From contig JAMWBK010000002.1 of NCBI GenBank assembly GCA_029953675.1, positions 2,046,001 through 2,110,000 on the forward strand: a stretch of 64,000 nucleotides of DNA, read 5' to 3'. Both the position numbers and the translations under genes were made by a program. Source of the DNA: Rhodosorus marinus CCMP1338 (lineage: Eukaryota; Plantae; Rhodophyta). Of this stretch, positions 1 to 11,249 are shown piece by piece. Position 1 is the first letter of the stretch. Every line of letters begins with the position of its first letter. The notes below the pieces were generated by a model. It saw nothing but the letters and a program-made list of their open reading frames with translations, had not been told where the DNA came from and did not search any database.

Positions 1-32
1 AAGAGACTACTGTATGTTCGGAACGGTTCTAG

Positions 33-455
33 GATGTGTTGGATCCAGCCCTCCTAAGACCTGGACGTCTGGACAGGAAGATTGAGATCGCCTTGCCAAA
101 CGAACAGGGGAGGCTGGAAGTTATGAAAATTCACGCGGCGAAGATCACAAAACACGGGGAGGTTGACTATGAGGCCATAGTAAAACTGTCGGACGGATTC
201 AACGGAGCAGATTTGAGAAATATCTGCACGGAGGCAGGTAAGCTTTGTTTGCTCTTTCAAACTGAACGGCACACTACGAGCTTTCGCTAAAAAGAAAAAA
301 AATGACACAATCACACGCCAGGACTATTTGCAATCCGATCCGAAAGAGACTACGTCATTCAGGAGGACTTTATGAAGGCGGTTCGAAAGATTGCTGATCA
401 GAAGAAACTCGAGGGCAAGCTAGATTATAAGGCTTCGTGGAAGAACGACTCGTAA
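33..455 (+). CDS. RPT4: 26S proteasome AAA-ATPase subunit RPT4, 3' part (gene starts upstream of window); exons 33-237 and 322-455
   Basis: [19 protein letters not shown]...[15 protein letters not shown]; intron 238-321 (GTAAGC...CAG) restores [36 protein letters not shown], the RPT4/PSMC6 C-terminus. Confidence 0.93.
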
Positions 456-500
456 GCCGCCGAATATTGTAGAGAAGGTTTGCGAAAATTGTCGTGGGTC

Positions 501-1817
501 CTAGGCGGAGGAGGGCAGGAGGGGTAGGAGGGGTAGGAGGGGTTCCTCCTGAAGGAATATCGTGCGCACAACACCCTGCCTGGTGTAACATCTCTTATCA
601 TCCACGTACGATTCATTAGCACCCCGGACGGAGCGTTCCCAGGTTAGTTTCCCATCGTGGGGTCTGCATGAACTAGCGATTACGTTTGCATTGAGGAAAC
701 GAAGCCATCGACCTTCACCTGGCAAAAGCTCTCACAGGCGTGGTCGGATACGCCAGTCGTGCAGTGGCGAAATTGCTTTGTTGACAAGTATTGCGAGTGT
801 TGAAGTCATCTCATCAACATGCATGGTATCCAATCTAAATGCGTGATAAAGATGATAACACACACACCATCATTGCTCGCCTGGATTTACATTTTCAAGA
901 CTACATAGACAGTTCGCAACAGCTAACAGTTGGCTCTAGCTGGTGGTCGCGGTGGGTGCTGGACAATCAAGTATGATCGAATGAGCAATAGAGCGGGATA
1001 GTTCCCGTCCGACTGTTTACAATGCAACAGTTTGACAGAGCACCTGGTACATAGTCAGGCAATCTTCAGAGGCAAAAGGTACACTGGGGGGAAGCAACGT
1101 TCGTCCAAAACACCAGTCAATGAGCACATGTGCCTAGTTGCTGCCTAATCCATCCTCTCGTTCTGCGACCGGCGAATCGATCTGGAGTGTTGATCACGGT
1201 GAACACGATACTCGAGAAGCATGGCTCTTCAACCGAGGTATGCGGCTCAACTTCACGAAGACGAACATGGAAATCGACACCCTCACTTGACGAAATTGAC
1301 ATCCCATAGAGTAGCCGAAAACAAAGAATCAATTGGCTCCGCTGACAAACCACGATACAAGTGAATCAACCACTACCACAGCATTCCCAGCGGGCAAGGC
1401 GGTGCTCACAGCGATTCTGGCTACGCAGTGCCGCATGCTTTCCTCTACTCGACAACTAAAAACAGATGTAGAAACCGGTGCGACAAAGCCGCCTCACGCA
1501 AGCGTTCTTCCCTTCATAGATTCTGAAGTCAAAAAATGACTAACGAAAAGCTAGAACCCGCCGCAGCACTAGCAGTGAGAGTGCTCACTGCTAGCTTTTA
1601 GGTGACTTTATTACCTCCGGGTTAGACATACATCTAGACATTCCCAAACCGCAGTACGCCGTGTGTCATCTTCTTCGTCGGCGATTGGGAAGTTGGTTTG
1701 CGGTCGGTGGTCGTCTTCTTCATCCATCGAATCGTTTGGTCGGTCGGGTGGTCGGTCGGGTGGTCGGTCGCGTTTGTCTCTCTTCATTGATGATGGTAAT
1801 AGGGAAGGAGTGCTCAT
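501..1817 (-). CDS. Probable multi-exon gene of unknown function; exon structure only partly resolved
   Basis: ATG ORF 1611-1817 ends at a GTAAT donor with acceptor TTCAG at 1523; ORFs 1117-1353 and 501-725 look like further exons; acidic/DRPP-repeat N-terminus; middle exons could not be joined unambiguously. Confidence 0.35.
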
Positions 1818-1955
1818 CAGTGTTGTCTTCTTCGTTGTGGATCGGACTGAGATTATGTTGATGAAGACGGGGGGGGGTTGGGTACGGAGTTTGAAGAGGT
1901 AGGGATTGTTTTGAAGATAGGCTTTTTGGGCTTGGATTGAGAAAGGAAAAGAATC

Positions 1956-3098
1956 ATGTTGAGGAGGCTGGCTGTTTCTGAGGTGGGTGGATGGTCGTAT
2001 GGAGTCGTGTCTGGGAGGCGCGGGTTGTTTAGTAGCTCTCGGTTGTTTGAGGGAGTGAAGAAGGGTGGTAGTGGTGATAAAGTTGCTGAGAGTAGTGATG
2101 TTGAAGATCAGGGTAAGGAAGTGGCGGATAAGAAGTTGAAGGACGAGTCTGGTGGCGTGATTGCCAAATCTGAGCGTGAAAAGTCTGGAACGGGAACAAA
2201 AAATGAGGCGGACGAGGGACCTCAGGGGGAGAAGAAGAAGACCGCAGGGGCTGGGAAGCCGGAGACTACGAAGACCGCTGAGAATGAAGAGAAAACCGGA
2301 ACGGAAGGAACTGAAACTGGCAGAGATCCTCAGGAAATTGCACTAGAAGGTGTGAGACATGCTATAGATAAGAAATTGGAGCCACTCCCATCGAGTAGGT
2401 TCCAGAAGGGTGGTCGATTTGTGTGTGTGGAGAACGTCTCGCGCTTTGCGTCGCGGGAGGACCTGCTTTACTTTTTCAAACCTCATAGAATTGGCGCTGA
2501 GTTCTTCCGAAGATGGAAAGACGAGGATTCCGGAACATCTACTTGGTGAGCGCAGAATGGATTCCAAGCTGGAAAATGCCCGAACTATCCACCATTCTAA
2601 CAAGCCTCTTTGCGAATCTCGTTCATAGGTTTGTGAGAATGAGTGACGAAAATGCTGCCAAAGAGTTCGTAAAAGACACAAAGAATGCCTACATAGGCTT
2701 CAACAAGGTAAAACTAACACAAACTGATGAAGGCACCGTGAACAAAGAACTTGGGGATATGTTTATCGAGCGCAAGTCGCTTGGGCGAGTCGTTGCAATC
2801 AAGAATGCACCCCCAAGTATTCAGAGTTCACATCTCGAAGCTTTCTTCGAAGGCTACAATCTAAAGAGCGTAAAAAAATCGAGTAGAATGGATCCGGTAA
2901 GCAAACCATTGGCAAAGTCATGACCTGTCCTGTCGCTTCTCAAAGTCCTGACGACCAGTCTCGCTTACCCGTTTTCCTTTTATCCATTAGTCCACCCTGT
3001 TCGCAACCTTTGAGAATATTGAGGATGCACAGAGAGCCGCTAGAGAACTTAACAAGGGACTGGTAATGGACCGCCAAATCACCATCAGAATTTTGTAG
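1956..3098 (+). CDS. Probably mitochondrion-targeted protein with two RRM-like domains; 3 exons
   Basis: MLRRLAVS...RRGLFSSSRLF presequence-like start; RFVCVENVSRFASREDLLYFF and RVVAIKNAPPSIQSSHLEAFF RRM-like segments; introns ~2546-2629 and ~2897-2988 give an open frame ending ATFENIEDAQRAARELNKGLVMDRQITIRIL*. Confidence 0.7.
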
Positions 3099-3407
3099 AA
3101 CTGCGAGGCGGAACAAGACAAACACGGGGTGCTATTAGTCTTGGAAAATGTCCTCTCTCGATTCTTCAATCTCGTTGAGGCCCACATACAGGGACACTGA
3201 GCAAATGCCGAAAGCGTAGCATTCTGAGGCTTGTCAAACTAAAACGATGAACTAGAACTGGAGAATCAGGATCTGTACGATAGGAAACTTTGTTTGGCTC
3301 TTTTTATTTGCTTTCTGAGTTACAGTCGTAGAGAGCCGAACCTCCATAGTGAGAAGCTGGCGCTCAGCTTATCTCTCAAAGCGTTTCTGCATAACTGCTC
3401 CCCCTGT

Positions 3408-4151
3408 TTATGGGCATGGCATGAGGGTGAGGTAGGAGAAGAAGCAGCAATTACGATATACATGTGCGCGCCTGGCCGTGAGGCAGAAGTTGATACAGCA
3501 CGCATTGCTGAGTCCTTTCATGAGCCAGACTTCGTGGTAGTTGGTAAGGCAGCATCCCTGCCTTCCGATGATGAACCTCTCGCTTGTTTGTAGCTGCGCT
3601 TGGTTCTCCCGGGACACTTCCCGGGCCACCTCCCTCGACAACGCCCTTGAGAAAGTCTTGGTCGGTCCGTCCCAGGTTGGAAGAGCGTCCTCGCAGACTC
3701 CAACGTAGATCTTGGAAGTGCCATAGCTGTAGAGAGAAGTTCCATCATGGAGTCCAAAGTTGCCTCCGTTGGATCCGATTTCAACGCTGATGCAACTGGA
3801 GCTGTCAAGGTGGATCATGATCTCGTCCATTGATGCGTTGGTCGGTATACCCCTCTTGTCGATGACCTCGGAGTACAGGACGTCGCTGCCGGGGTGAGCA
3901 GAAAGGTATGAGAATCGGACCTTCGAGTCATCAGTATCCAGCACGTAGGCGAAGGCGATGGATTCACCAGAGCTGGACACAGACTCCCTGAGCTCTGCGA
4001 CCTTTGCATCTTTCTCCGCTTCCGTGAAAATTTCAATATTGAAATGAGACTCGGGAGGAATGTGCACTGTTGTCTTGGACGCAGCCATATTCAGGGCCAT
4101 TACGATCAACAGGACACTGGTCCAGAGGCTTACAACGCTCTTCATCATCAT
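3408..4151 (-). CDS. Secreted protein of unknown function with Cys-rich C-terminal module
   Basis: 247-aa intronless ORF; hydrophobic N-terminal signal peptide (SVVSLWTSVLLIVMALNMAAS); 8 Cys in the last ~50 aa. Confidence 0.7.
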   Translation of the reverse strand: MMMKSVVSLWTSVLLIVMALNMAASKTTVHIPPESHFNIEIFTEAEKDAKVAELRESVSSSGESIAFAYVLDTDDSKVRFSYLSAHPGSDVLYSEVIDKRGIPTNASMDEIMIHLDSSSCISVEIGSNGGNFGLHDGTSLYSYGTSKIYVGVCEDALPTWDGPTKTFSRALSREVAREVSRENQAQLQTSERFIIGRQGCCLTNYHEVWLMKGLSNACCINFCLTARRAHVYRNCCFFSYLTLMPCP

Positions 4152-7080
4152 GTTGCTCCTTTCTCAAACGATTAATTATCCGCTAGATGTCCTTGAACCG
4201 CTGCTATCCACCTTTATGATACCTTGATGAGACGTCTGAACATTGACCACCATTGCACATGGGCTTGGTCTCCTTAAGTACGATATGAGACGCAGACCGT
4301 CGCGAGTTGACAATGTCTTGAGAGGTCGCAAACCAAAACAGCTAGACTTTTGTTCCTAGTCAATATCTATCGGAACCTTTATTCCAATGTGGAAAGTAAT
4401 GAACGCGTAAGTCGTAAGCAAGCTGGGGTGCGGGTGTGCGTGCGTGGCGGCGTATACTCGCAAGGTGGATAAAAATAAAAAAAAAAGTTCCGGACAAGCT
4501 CGCTTCCCATCGAAGCAAAGAAATGATCGCTAAACTTCCGGTAACGAGAAAAAAACAAAAAAATTGCTCAAACAAGAATCTCATTGACGCCATCTGGCGA
4601 ACAAGAATCTCCAGGATTCGTGACGGTTTGTGACTCAACCATCGTCGAAAAGAAGGAAGCAATGCCTTGCCAAATCCAATCACACACCTGAGAAGGAAAT
4701 AATCCATATATTAAGGCAGCAAAACCACTTAGTTTGCACTATCTCCCCCCCCCAAAAAAAAGCCGTCCATGCTAACAGAAAAAGTTGGTGAACGATCACA
4801 CAAAATCTATTTTCTTTCACAAGAATCACCTTGCAAACATCCCAACCCCACTCCCAACTATCACCTCCCCACCTCCCTCCCTCCCTGGCAATCATCCTTT
4901 CCCATTCCTTCTGCGCACGACGATCCCCAAAACCAAACTTCCATTAAATAAAAACAGTCACGAACGTACCCCTCTTCTTGAAAACCTAATAAGTCCATAA
5001 TCCTCTAATTTTATTTTATAAATTAAAAAGTAGAATATATTAGAACATCTAACCCCCCTCTTAAATAGTGTCACCAGTACCAGCTGACACTAGATATAGA
5101 AAAGTAATTATTTTTACAAAGAAATTTCATCGTTTCACGACCTTTGACGACGAGAAACGGATCCTGAACGAAAGTAACTACAAAATAAACGTAAATTGAA
5201 TAAATATATATCAAAATATTAAAATAAAATTGGTATAGTTTTATTTTGTAATATTTTATTGTATAAATGGATATTGTTTTAGAAAGTATTTAAATGGATT
5301 TCATTTGCAAAAAAGGATACCTTCGTTCTGACTTGAAAAAATAGTCGCTTTTTTGTCGTGATTTTGTGTTTGGGGAAGAATTGTTTACTGGGGTTGGGGG
5401 ATAGATCGGGGGATGGATTGGGTGGGGGAGGTGTGAGGATGAGGTGGGTGAAGTAGTTTTTGGGGTTGATGGGAAGAGAGACTTCGGTTTCTTTAGAAAC
5501 TTTGTATATATTGTAAATTTCCAGTTGATTGAAATTTTGGGATTGAGGTTTAAAAGCGGGTTTGCTATTTATGGAAAGTGCTTGTGGCTGGTTTTCTTGT
5601 TTGTTTTGATCGGGAGGTGGGTTCGTAGACGGAGACTTTTGGCTGTCAAGGGGTTGCGAAGGCACGCGTTTAGCGTAATTTAAAGAGGGCTCGAAATTGT
5701 TTTTTTTTGTTCGGTTAACCTGATTAATTCCCGCTGGCATTCTCTTGAAAGTTGATTTCGGTTCCACCGAGTACCGGTGTTGGCCGACCCGCGGATCCAG
5801 ATAGCACCTACCAGCGACTTTGCACGCGGTTGAACCCGAACGTGAAAGCATAATATGAAAAAAGAGGGTGCGGTTTGCACTACGAGGTTGAATTGGATAC
5901 GGATCACAGGATAGTGGCCAATTTCCGAACCGAGTCAGTACTCTTAGTGAAGCACGGAGCGAGTATGGATTAGTACGCCCGTGCGGCTGCATCCATCCCT
6001 TACCCGCTCATCCAAAGTCGCCGTGGGAATATGGCTAATCTCTTGGAGTAGACCGCAGACTTTTGCTCCTCATCTCGAGCCCTCGGACGACCGCCATCGG
6101 CGAGCGATTGTCGACCATTGTTCGATCAGGTCGGTGCATATTTGTCAGGTTTCGTCGAAAGCCTACTACTCTATAAGCCACCACAACAAGGCGCCAACGA
6201 CGACTGTCAGGGAGCAAAGATCCTCCTCCTCAGATGTGAGGTTGGGAATCGTTTCGAGGCAAAACCAGATCAACAACGTCCCTATCAAGTGCCAACTCAC
6301 CCCCAAAGAGCTCTTAACACTGCGCTAAACATCCTCAAAAGCGTCATCATTAGAAACAAAGACACAGAGTCACAGCTATAGAGGCATCGGCGATATTGCC
6401 CACCCCTGTTTTCCATTACAATCCAGGAAGGGTGGCGGAATGAACCTGATAGTCAAAAAGTTCTGGGAGGCGTTTCATCCCGCCACCATCTCAGTCAGCT
6501 ATTGACAAAGGCTAATCATTATATTGTCTGTCCTTATCGAAGTCCACTAGCAGTACTACGATTGATTCGAGTAAGCAAGAAAAAGATTGTCCTAATCATA
6601 TCCGACAAGAGCTATATGCTGTTGTCAGAGATGACGCACGCACTCAGTGTGCCCGGTGACCGACTGGAACGCAAAGTGGAACATGCAGAGAACAAAAACT
6701 CCGGCAAGAGCTAGTTTGATGGCGGCGGGTACTACCTGGCCTAGTTGTTGACTCGGTTCTGGTGAGCTGGCTAGCTTTTTCAAACCCTCTCTCAAGCACG
6801 TTTTAGACGAAAAGGGAAGCTTATCCTTAAGGCGTCCCTATGAATAAACTGGTGAACAGTAAAATAGCATCTTGACCTACGCCACACTCGTATTGCCTCG
6901 TTCACCACCTCGACGGGGTGTCTTTTCAAAAATTAGTATCCCAGCGGATTGGTACGGCACAAATAGGATAAAGAGGATGAGCCACTCTGAAGTCTCTCTT
7001 CTCTGTGCGGATTGTACCACACGCGTCTTCACAGTGATCTTCTATGTACTAGTTCACCAACCAGTTGACATCTATATAAT

Positions 7081-7500
7081 CCAGGACTCAAGGCAGGAAG
7101 ACGATAAAGATGATGCAGACGCTTGGGGAAAATACTAACATCAGCATCCTCATTAAACGAATCTCTGATATGTGGACAGAATCTTCAGTCCTTCCACGTT
7201 CATATCGCTGATCCACTCCAGCTGATCAATCCGCCCTTGTCATTGCCATTCAGTATCCAAGAAGACGATAAAGAGGATGTAGACGATTAAGAGAATCCTT
7301 CAAATCGCCATTCTCACCGAAGGAATAAGCGAAATGTGCAGAGAATCTTCAGCAACCCTACAGCCACATCGCTGCTCTATTCCAGGGGCTCAATCAGACT
7401 CTGCTGTTGCCATTCAGTATCCAAGGCGTACACGAAGAAGGGCATGCGCACGACTAAACCATTCTCATTGAATGCATAACTGAGCTGTAGATATAATCTT
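7081..7500. repeat. Degenerate ~165-bp tandem repeat, about 2.5 copies
   Basis: GAAGACGATAAAGA(T/G)GATG(C/T)AGACG at ~7097 and ~7261; TTGCCATTCAGTATCCAA at ~7243 and ~7407; AGAATCTTCAG recurs. Confidence 0.8.
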
Positions 7501-7986
7501 CTCTAATCACTTATTGATCATACATACACATCGTAAGTTCACCTTCCGGTTCACCTCGAGGTTGTCAATCGAATAGCAAATCTACGTAAAGGCGCGAAGA
7601 GGACGGCATTGTTAACGTATCGTTTTTTGGAGACAAGAGATTTTCCGGGTCTCAGAGTAGGGAAGGAGACACAGCAGCACTAAAGATATCTTTAGATGAG
7701 AAGCAGTTGCTTTCTGAGGCTGATCTGAAGAGAGCTAGGTTGGATTCTGGTAGGTTTTTCCCAGTATAATCTGATCGCGGTCTGGGGTTTGCTTTTGACC
7801 CGAAGATGGTCTTTGTCTGACTGACTGGCTTTGCCTTTGTCTCTTCACTTTTTGTTCAGAATTGGAGCCTTGAGTGTTTCACACAAGCTGAAGGTGCTCC
7901 GTGTGAAAAAATCACTTAAGAGGAATCTGTGCTTTTTTGACGGGGTCTGTATTTTTGAAGTGGTTGAGTGGGATTGGAAGTACGTT

Positions 7987-8896
7987 ATGAGTGGTATAGC
8001 GGTAGGAAGGCTTCAGCAGGAAAGAAAGGACTGGCGTCAAGATCACCCTCATGGTTTCTTCGCGAAGCCTACGGTAGCGAATGGTCAGACCAATGTGATG
8101 AGATGGGAATGTGGAATTCCTGGGAAAGCAAACGTAAGTGAGGAAGGATTTGCTTGGAAAACAAGATCCATTTTGAACTTGTACAAGGCCGTACATCAAG
8201 AAGGAAATGCACTTCAAGTTTGTCTTCCTGAACAAAACTGAGGAATTCTTATAATCTCTCCGTGTCGCAGACAATATTTGAGGGAGGCCTGTATCGCTTA
8301 GTGATAGAGTTCCTAGACGAATATCCCAGTCGACCGCCAAGATGTAAGCCAATTAAGCCCATTCTTTCATTATTTCTTCACACTTCCTAACAATGAATCT
8401 TTTCATGTGATCACAGGCCGCTTTACTCCACCTCTGTTCCATCCCAATGTCTACCCGTCCGGAACGGTGTGCCTCAGTATCCTCGATGCGGAAAAGGGAT
8501 GGCGACCTTCCATTACCGTCAAACAGGTCAACCACCTAGCACAGAAATAGTCCAAAAGTCCATCTACTTTGCTGACCGATTTGTTCTTATCGCGATATCC
8601 ACTACAGATTCTGCTAGGAATTCAAGATCTGCTTGATACACCGAATCTAAACGACCCGGCCAACAGCTCAGCCTATACACTGTACACGTAAGCGAAAGCC
8701 CTCTTCAGGCAAACCACTCAATAATACCATATCGATGTCGCTTGTTGAGGATTTCGCCAAGCAGGAACACGACCTGATATGTGTTCCCTTCCTAACAGCC
8801 GGAGTGCTTCCTCGTCTGCTACAACATAGGAAGCACAAAAGTGAATATGTCAGGAAGATTCGTCAAATCGCGGCAAGCAATCCTCCTCCTTCTTAA
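7987..8896 (+). CDS. UBC9: SUMO-conjugating enzyme Ubc9; 5 exons
   Basis: [28 protein letters not shown]; [16 protein letters not shown] (active-site Cys); [22 protein letters not shown]; last exon [21 protein letters not shown]; canonical GT-AG introns. Confidence 0.95.
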
Positions 8897-9120
8897 AGAA
8901 GCACCCATAGAACGGGGGCAAGAAGAAGCTAGCAGCATGAGCGAAACCGAAGAAAGCAGTTTCAGGCGACAATCTCTTAAGAAGGAACGTCGGCAGGGGG
9001 CGTAGCTGAACCCCCAGGCCGCGAAAGATGTGACTGCCTGAAGAGCGTCAGCCAAAATGCCCAATTCATGTAGACAGAAAGTGGAACGGAATAAATAATA
9101 GATTCCTTTCCAGCAAATAT

Positions 9121-10485
9121 CTAGAGCTTCCTCTTCTTCTCGCTAGGGCTGAAGCCATCGTCGGACCGTTTCTTGATTCGCTCGCCATGCTTTCCTCTCT
9201 TGCCTTCCAGTGGATCCTGTACTACATATCCATCTTCCTGATTGTGAACATCTCTCGGGAAAACGAGTTCATGCCTCATCCACTCGCTTTTGTTGTTTTC
9301 GTTCCCTTCAGTCTCCTCATCAGCCTCCCCCTTTTCTGGTTTCCCGCCGCCAAGGAAGCTACCGCGAAAAGTCTTGAGCTTTTCCAAAGTTTTCTTCTCC
9401 CTTCCGCCGGCTTCTGCAACTCGCCGCTTGTGCAGGTACTTGGCTCTCCGTGCCTCCAAGGGGGATAAAAACTCCTCCTCTTGCTTCAACCTCTGCGCGT
9501 CCTCTTTTCGGCTCGTCAGAGAAGCCTTTGCAGATCGCTTCTTCCTCACAAGCTCATCTCGAATCCGCTTGTACTCCTCTCGCGCTTCAACAGCCTGCTG
9601 ATCACCGTCTGAGCCTTGGTCATTGGCCGATTTATTAGCTCGCCGGTCCTCGGGTTCAGGTCCACTATCGTCATCATCATCCGAAGAATCGTCAACAATG
9701 AAGCTCCTTTTACCAGTTTTCTCACTGTCGATCTGTTTCTTTACTGGCTCTACAGCAGCGACCGGATCTTGCTGAGTTGCTTGCGCAACACTGGGATGTA
9801 CGAGAACAGGTTTTCTCTTAGAACTATCGTCTTCATCCTCTTCATCGCTCTCCTCTTCATCCTCATCATCAGCGAAGGACAGAAGCGTTCGGTTCTTCAC
9901 TGCCGCTCTCGGGACAGCTCGTTTTTCAGCCTCTGTGCTCTTGGAGATGGTGACTCTCGGAAGAACGTCATCGAAAGGATTTGACAAGATTTCTATTTTC
10001 TTCACTTTGGGAGGAAATAGCGGACGATCATGCGCGTCCACTTCAAGATCCGCAAACCTAACAAGGTTGAAGATCGTATCCCCAACCACCCTTCCGAATA
10101 TCGTGTTCTGGCCGTCGAGCCAATCACAAGGACCTAAAGTAATGAAAAACTGTGATCTATTCCCTTCATTTTCTTCAGAAGCCATCGCCAGCAAACCACG
10201 GCTTCGAAACTTAAGCCTGGAATGAATCTCATTCGGAAACGGCTCCCCATAAACCGATTCACCACCAGTTCCTTCCCCAGTTGGATCCCCCGTCTGAACC
10301 AAAAAGTCCTTGATTACCCGATGAAAGATAGATCCTTCGTAGTATCCCTCCAGGGAAAGCTGAAGAAAGTTCCGGCACGCCTTTGGAGCCTCCTTACTCC
10401 ACAGCTCAACCTCCACATCTCCACCCGATGTTCTTATCACAACCTTTCCAGATGTTGGTGGCTCCTGAACATATATATTAGACAT
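9121..10485 (-). CDS. CWC27: Spliceosome-associated cyclophilin CWC27 (CYP57-like)
   Basis: MSNIYVQEPPTSGKV...IELWSKEAPKACRNFLQL..EGYY...FHRVIKDFLVQTGDPTGEGTGGESVYG..F.NE.HSRL.F; long charged C-terminal tail. Confidence 0.93.
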   Translation of the reverse strand: MSNIYVQEPPTSGKVVIRTSGGDVEVELWSKEAPKACRNFLQLSLEGYYEGSIFHRVIKDFLVQTGDPTGEGTGGESVYGEPFPNEIHSRLKFRSRGLLAMASEENEGNRSQFFITLGPCDWLDGQNTIFGRVVGDTIFNLVRFADLEVDAHDRPLFPPKVKKIEILSNPFDDVLPRVTISKSTEAEKRAVPRAAVKNRTLLSFADDEDEEESDEEDEDDSSKRKPVLVHPSVAQATQQDPVAAVEPVKKQIDSEKTGKRSFIVDDSSDDDDDSGPEPEDRRANKSANDQGSDGDQQAVEAREEYKRIRDELVRKKRSAKASLTSRKEDAQRLKQEEEFLSPLEARRAKYLHKRRVAEAGGREKKTLEKLKTFRGSFLGGGKPEKGEADEETEGNENNKSEWMRHELVFPRDVHNQEDGYVVQDPLEGKRGKHGERIKKRSDDGFSPSEKKRKL

Positions 10486-11249
10486 GCTTTTTTACACTTA
10501 TTACAAACATCATCTCTCAAAAATTTCCGTCCTAACGCTCTCCGAAACCTACCACAAACCTTTCCTCCATCCTCCTCACATCTCAAACCTTTCATTTCTC
10601 TCACCTCAGCACAGCCGTTCGTACAAATACTACAACGTACTATATCGTACTAGAACTTGTATTGTAGTACATATTAGTACTATGTACTATTGATAACTGT
10701 TGGATTTGTTTCGTAGCTATTGCGGAGAGAAGGGGTGAGTTGGGTAAGTTGGTCAAGGACGAGTGAGTGGCTTAGACTAGCAACATACGAAATCAGTATG
10801 CGATAAGGTCTTTCTACCCTCTGAGAACGGCTTATCGTAGCCACCTCCCCCCGGGGGCCCCTCTTCTTTCCTGTTCTTCTGCTTGAAGATTTGGACAGTG
10901 ACCGAGGTGATTCTGGGGGACGAGGACCTCTGCGCACTGCTGATCAAATAAAAGGTCACAACTCCTTCTTACGAGGCTGGCAGGAAAAGAGTCGCCAAAG
11001 CAAATCTGAACATCCGACCTGCATCCAGTCGATCCTGACCAGGCAAAACCGTTGTAGGACGTTTTTACAGGACGCTTACCAGGACAGGTTGTCACGCTGA
11101 AGACAAACGCAAGTACCTCAAGATGAATCCTGAGGCAATGCAGCCTTCCTCCTCCTCCAGAACGCCCTAACATCAGAAGACCAGGTGCTTACCAACTAGA
11201 GCGGGGTGGGAGCCCATTGCTTGCGAAGATTTGTTCGTTGGTGGTGAGC

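Noticed and set aside
5279-5992. 237-aa minus-strand ORF
   Set aside because: Non-ATG start; runs through C/A-skewed promoter-type sequence giving P/N/K/Q-biased text; no motifs
7912-8352. 146-aa antisense ORF
   Set aside because: Shadow of UBC9 exons and intron 1 on the opposite strand
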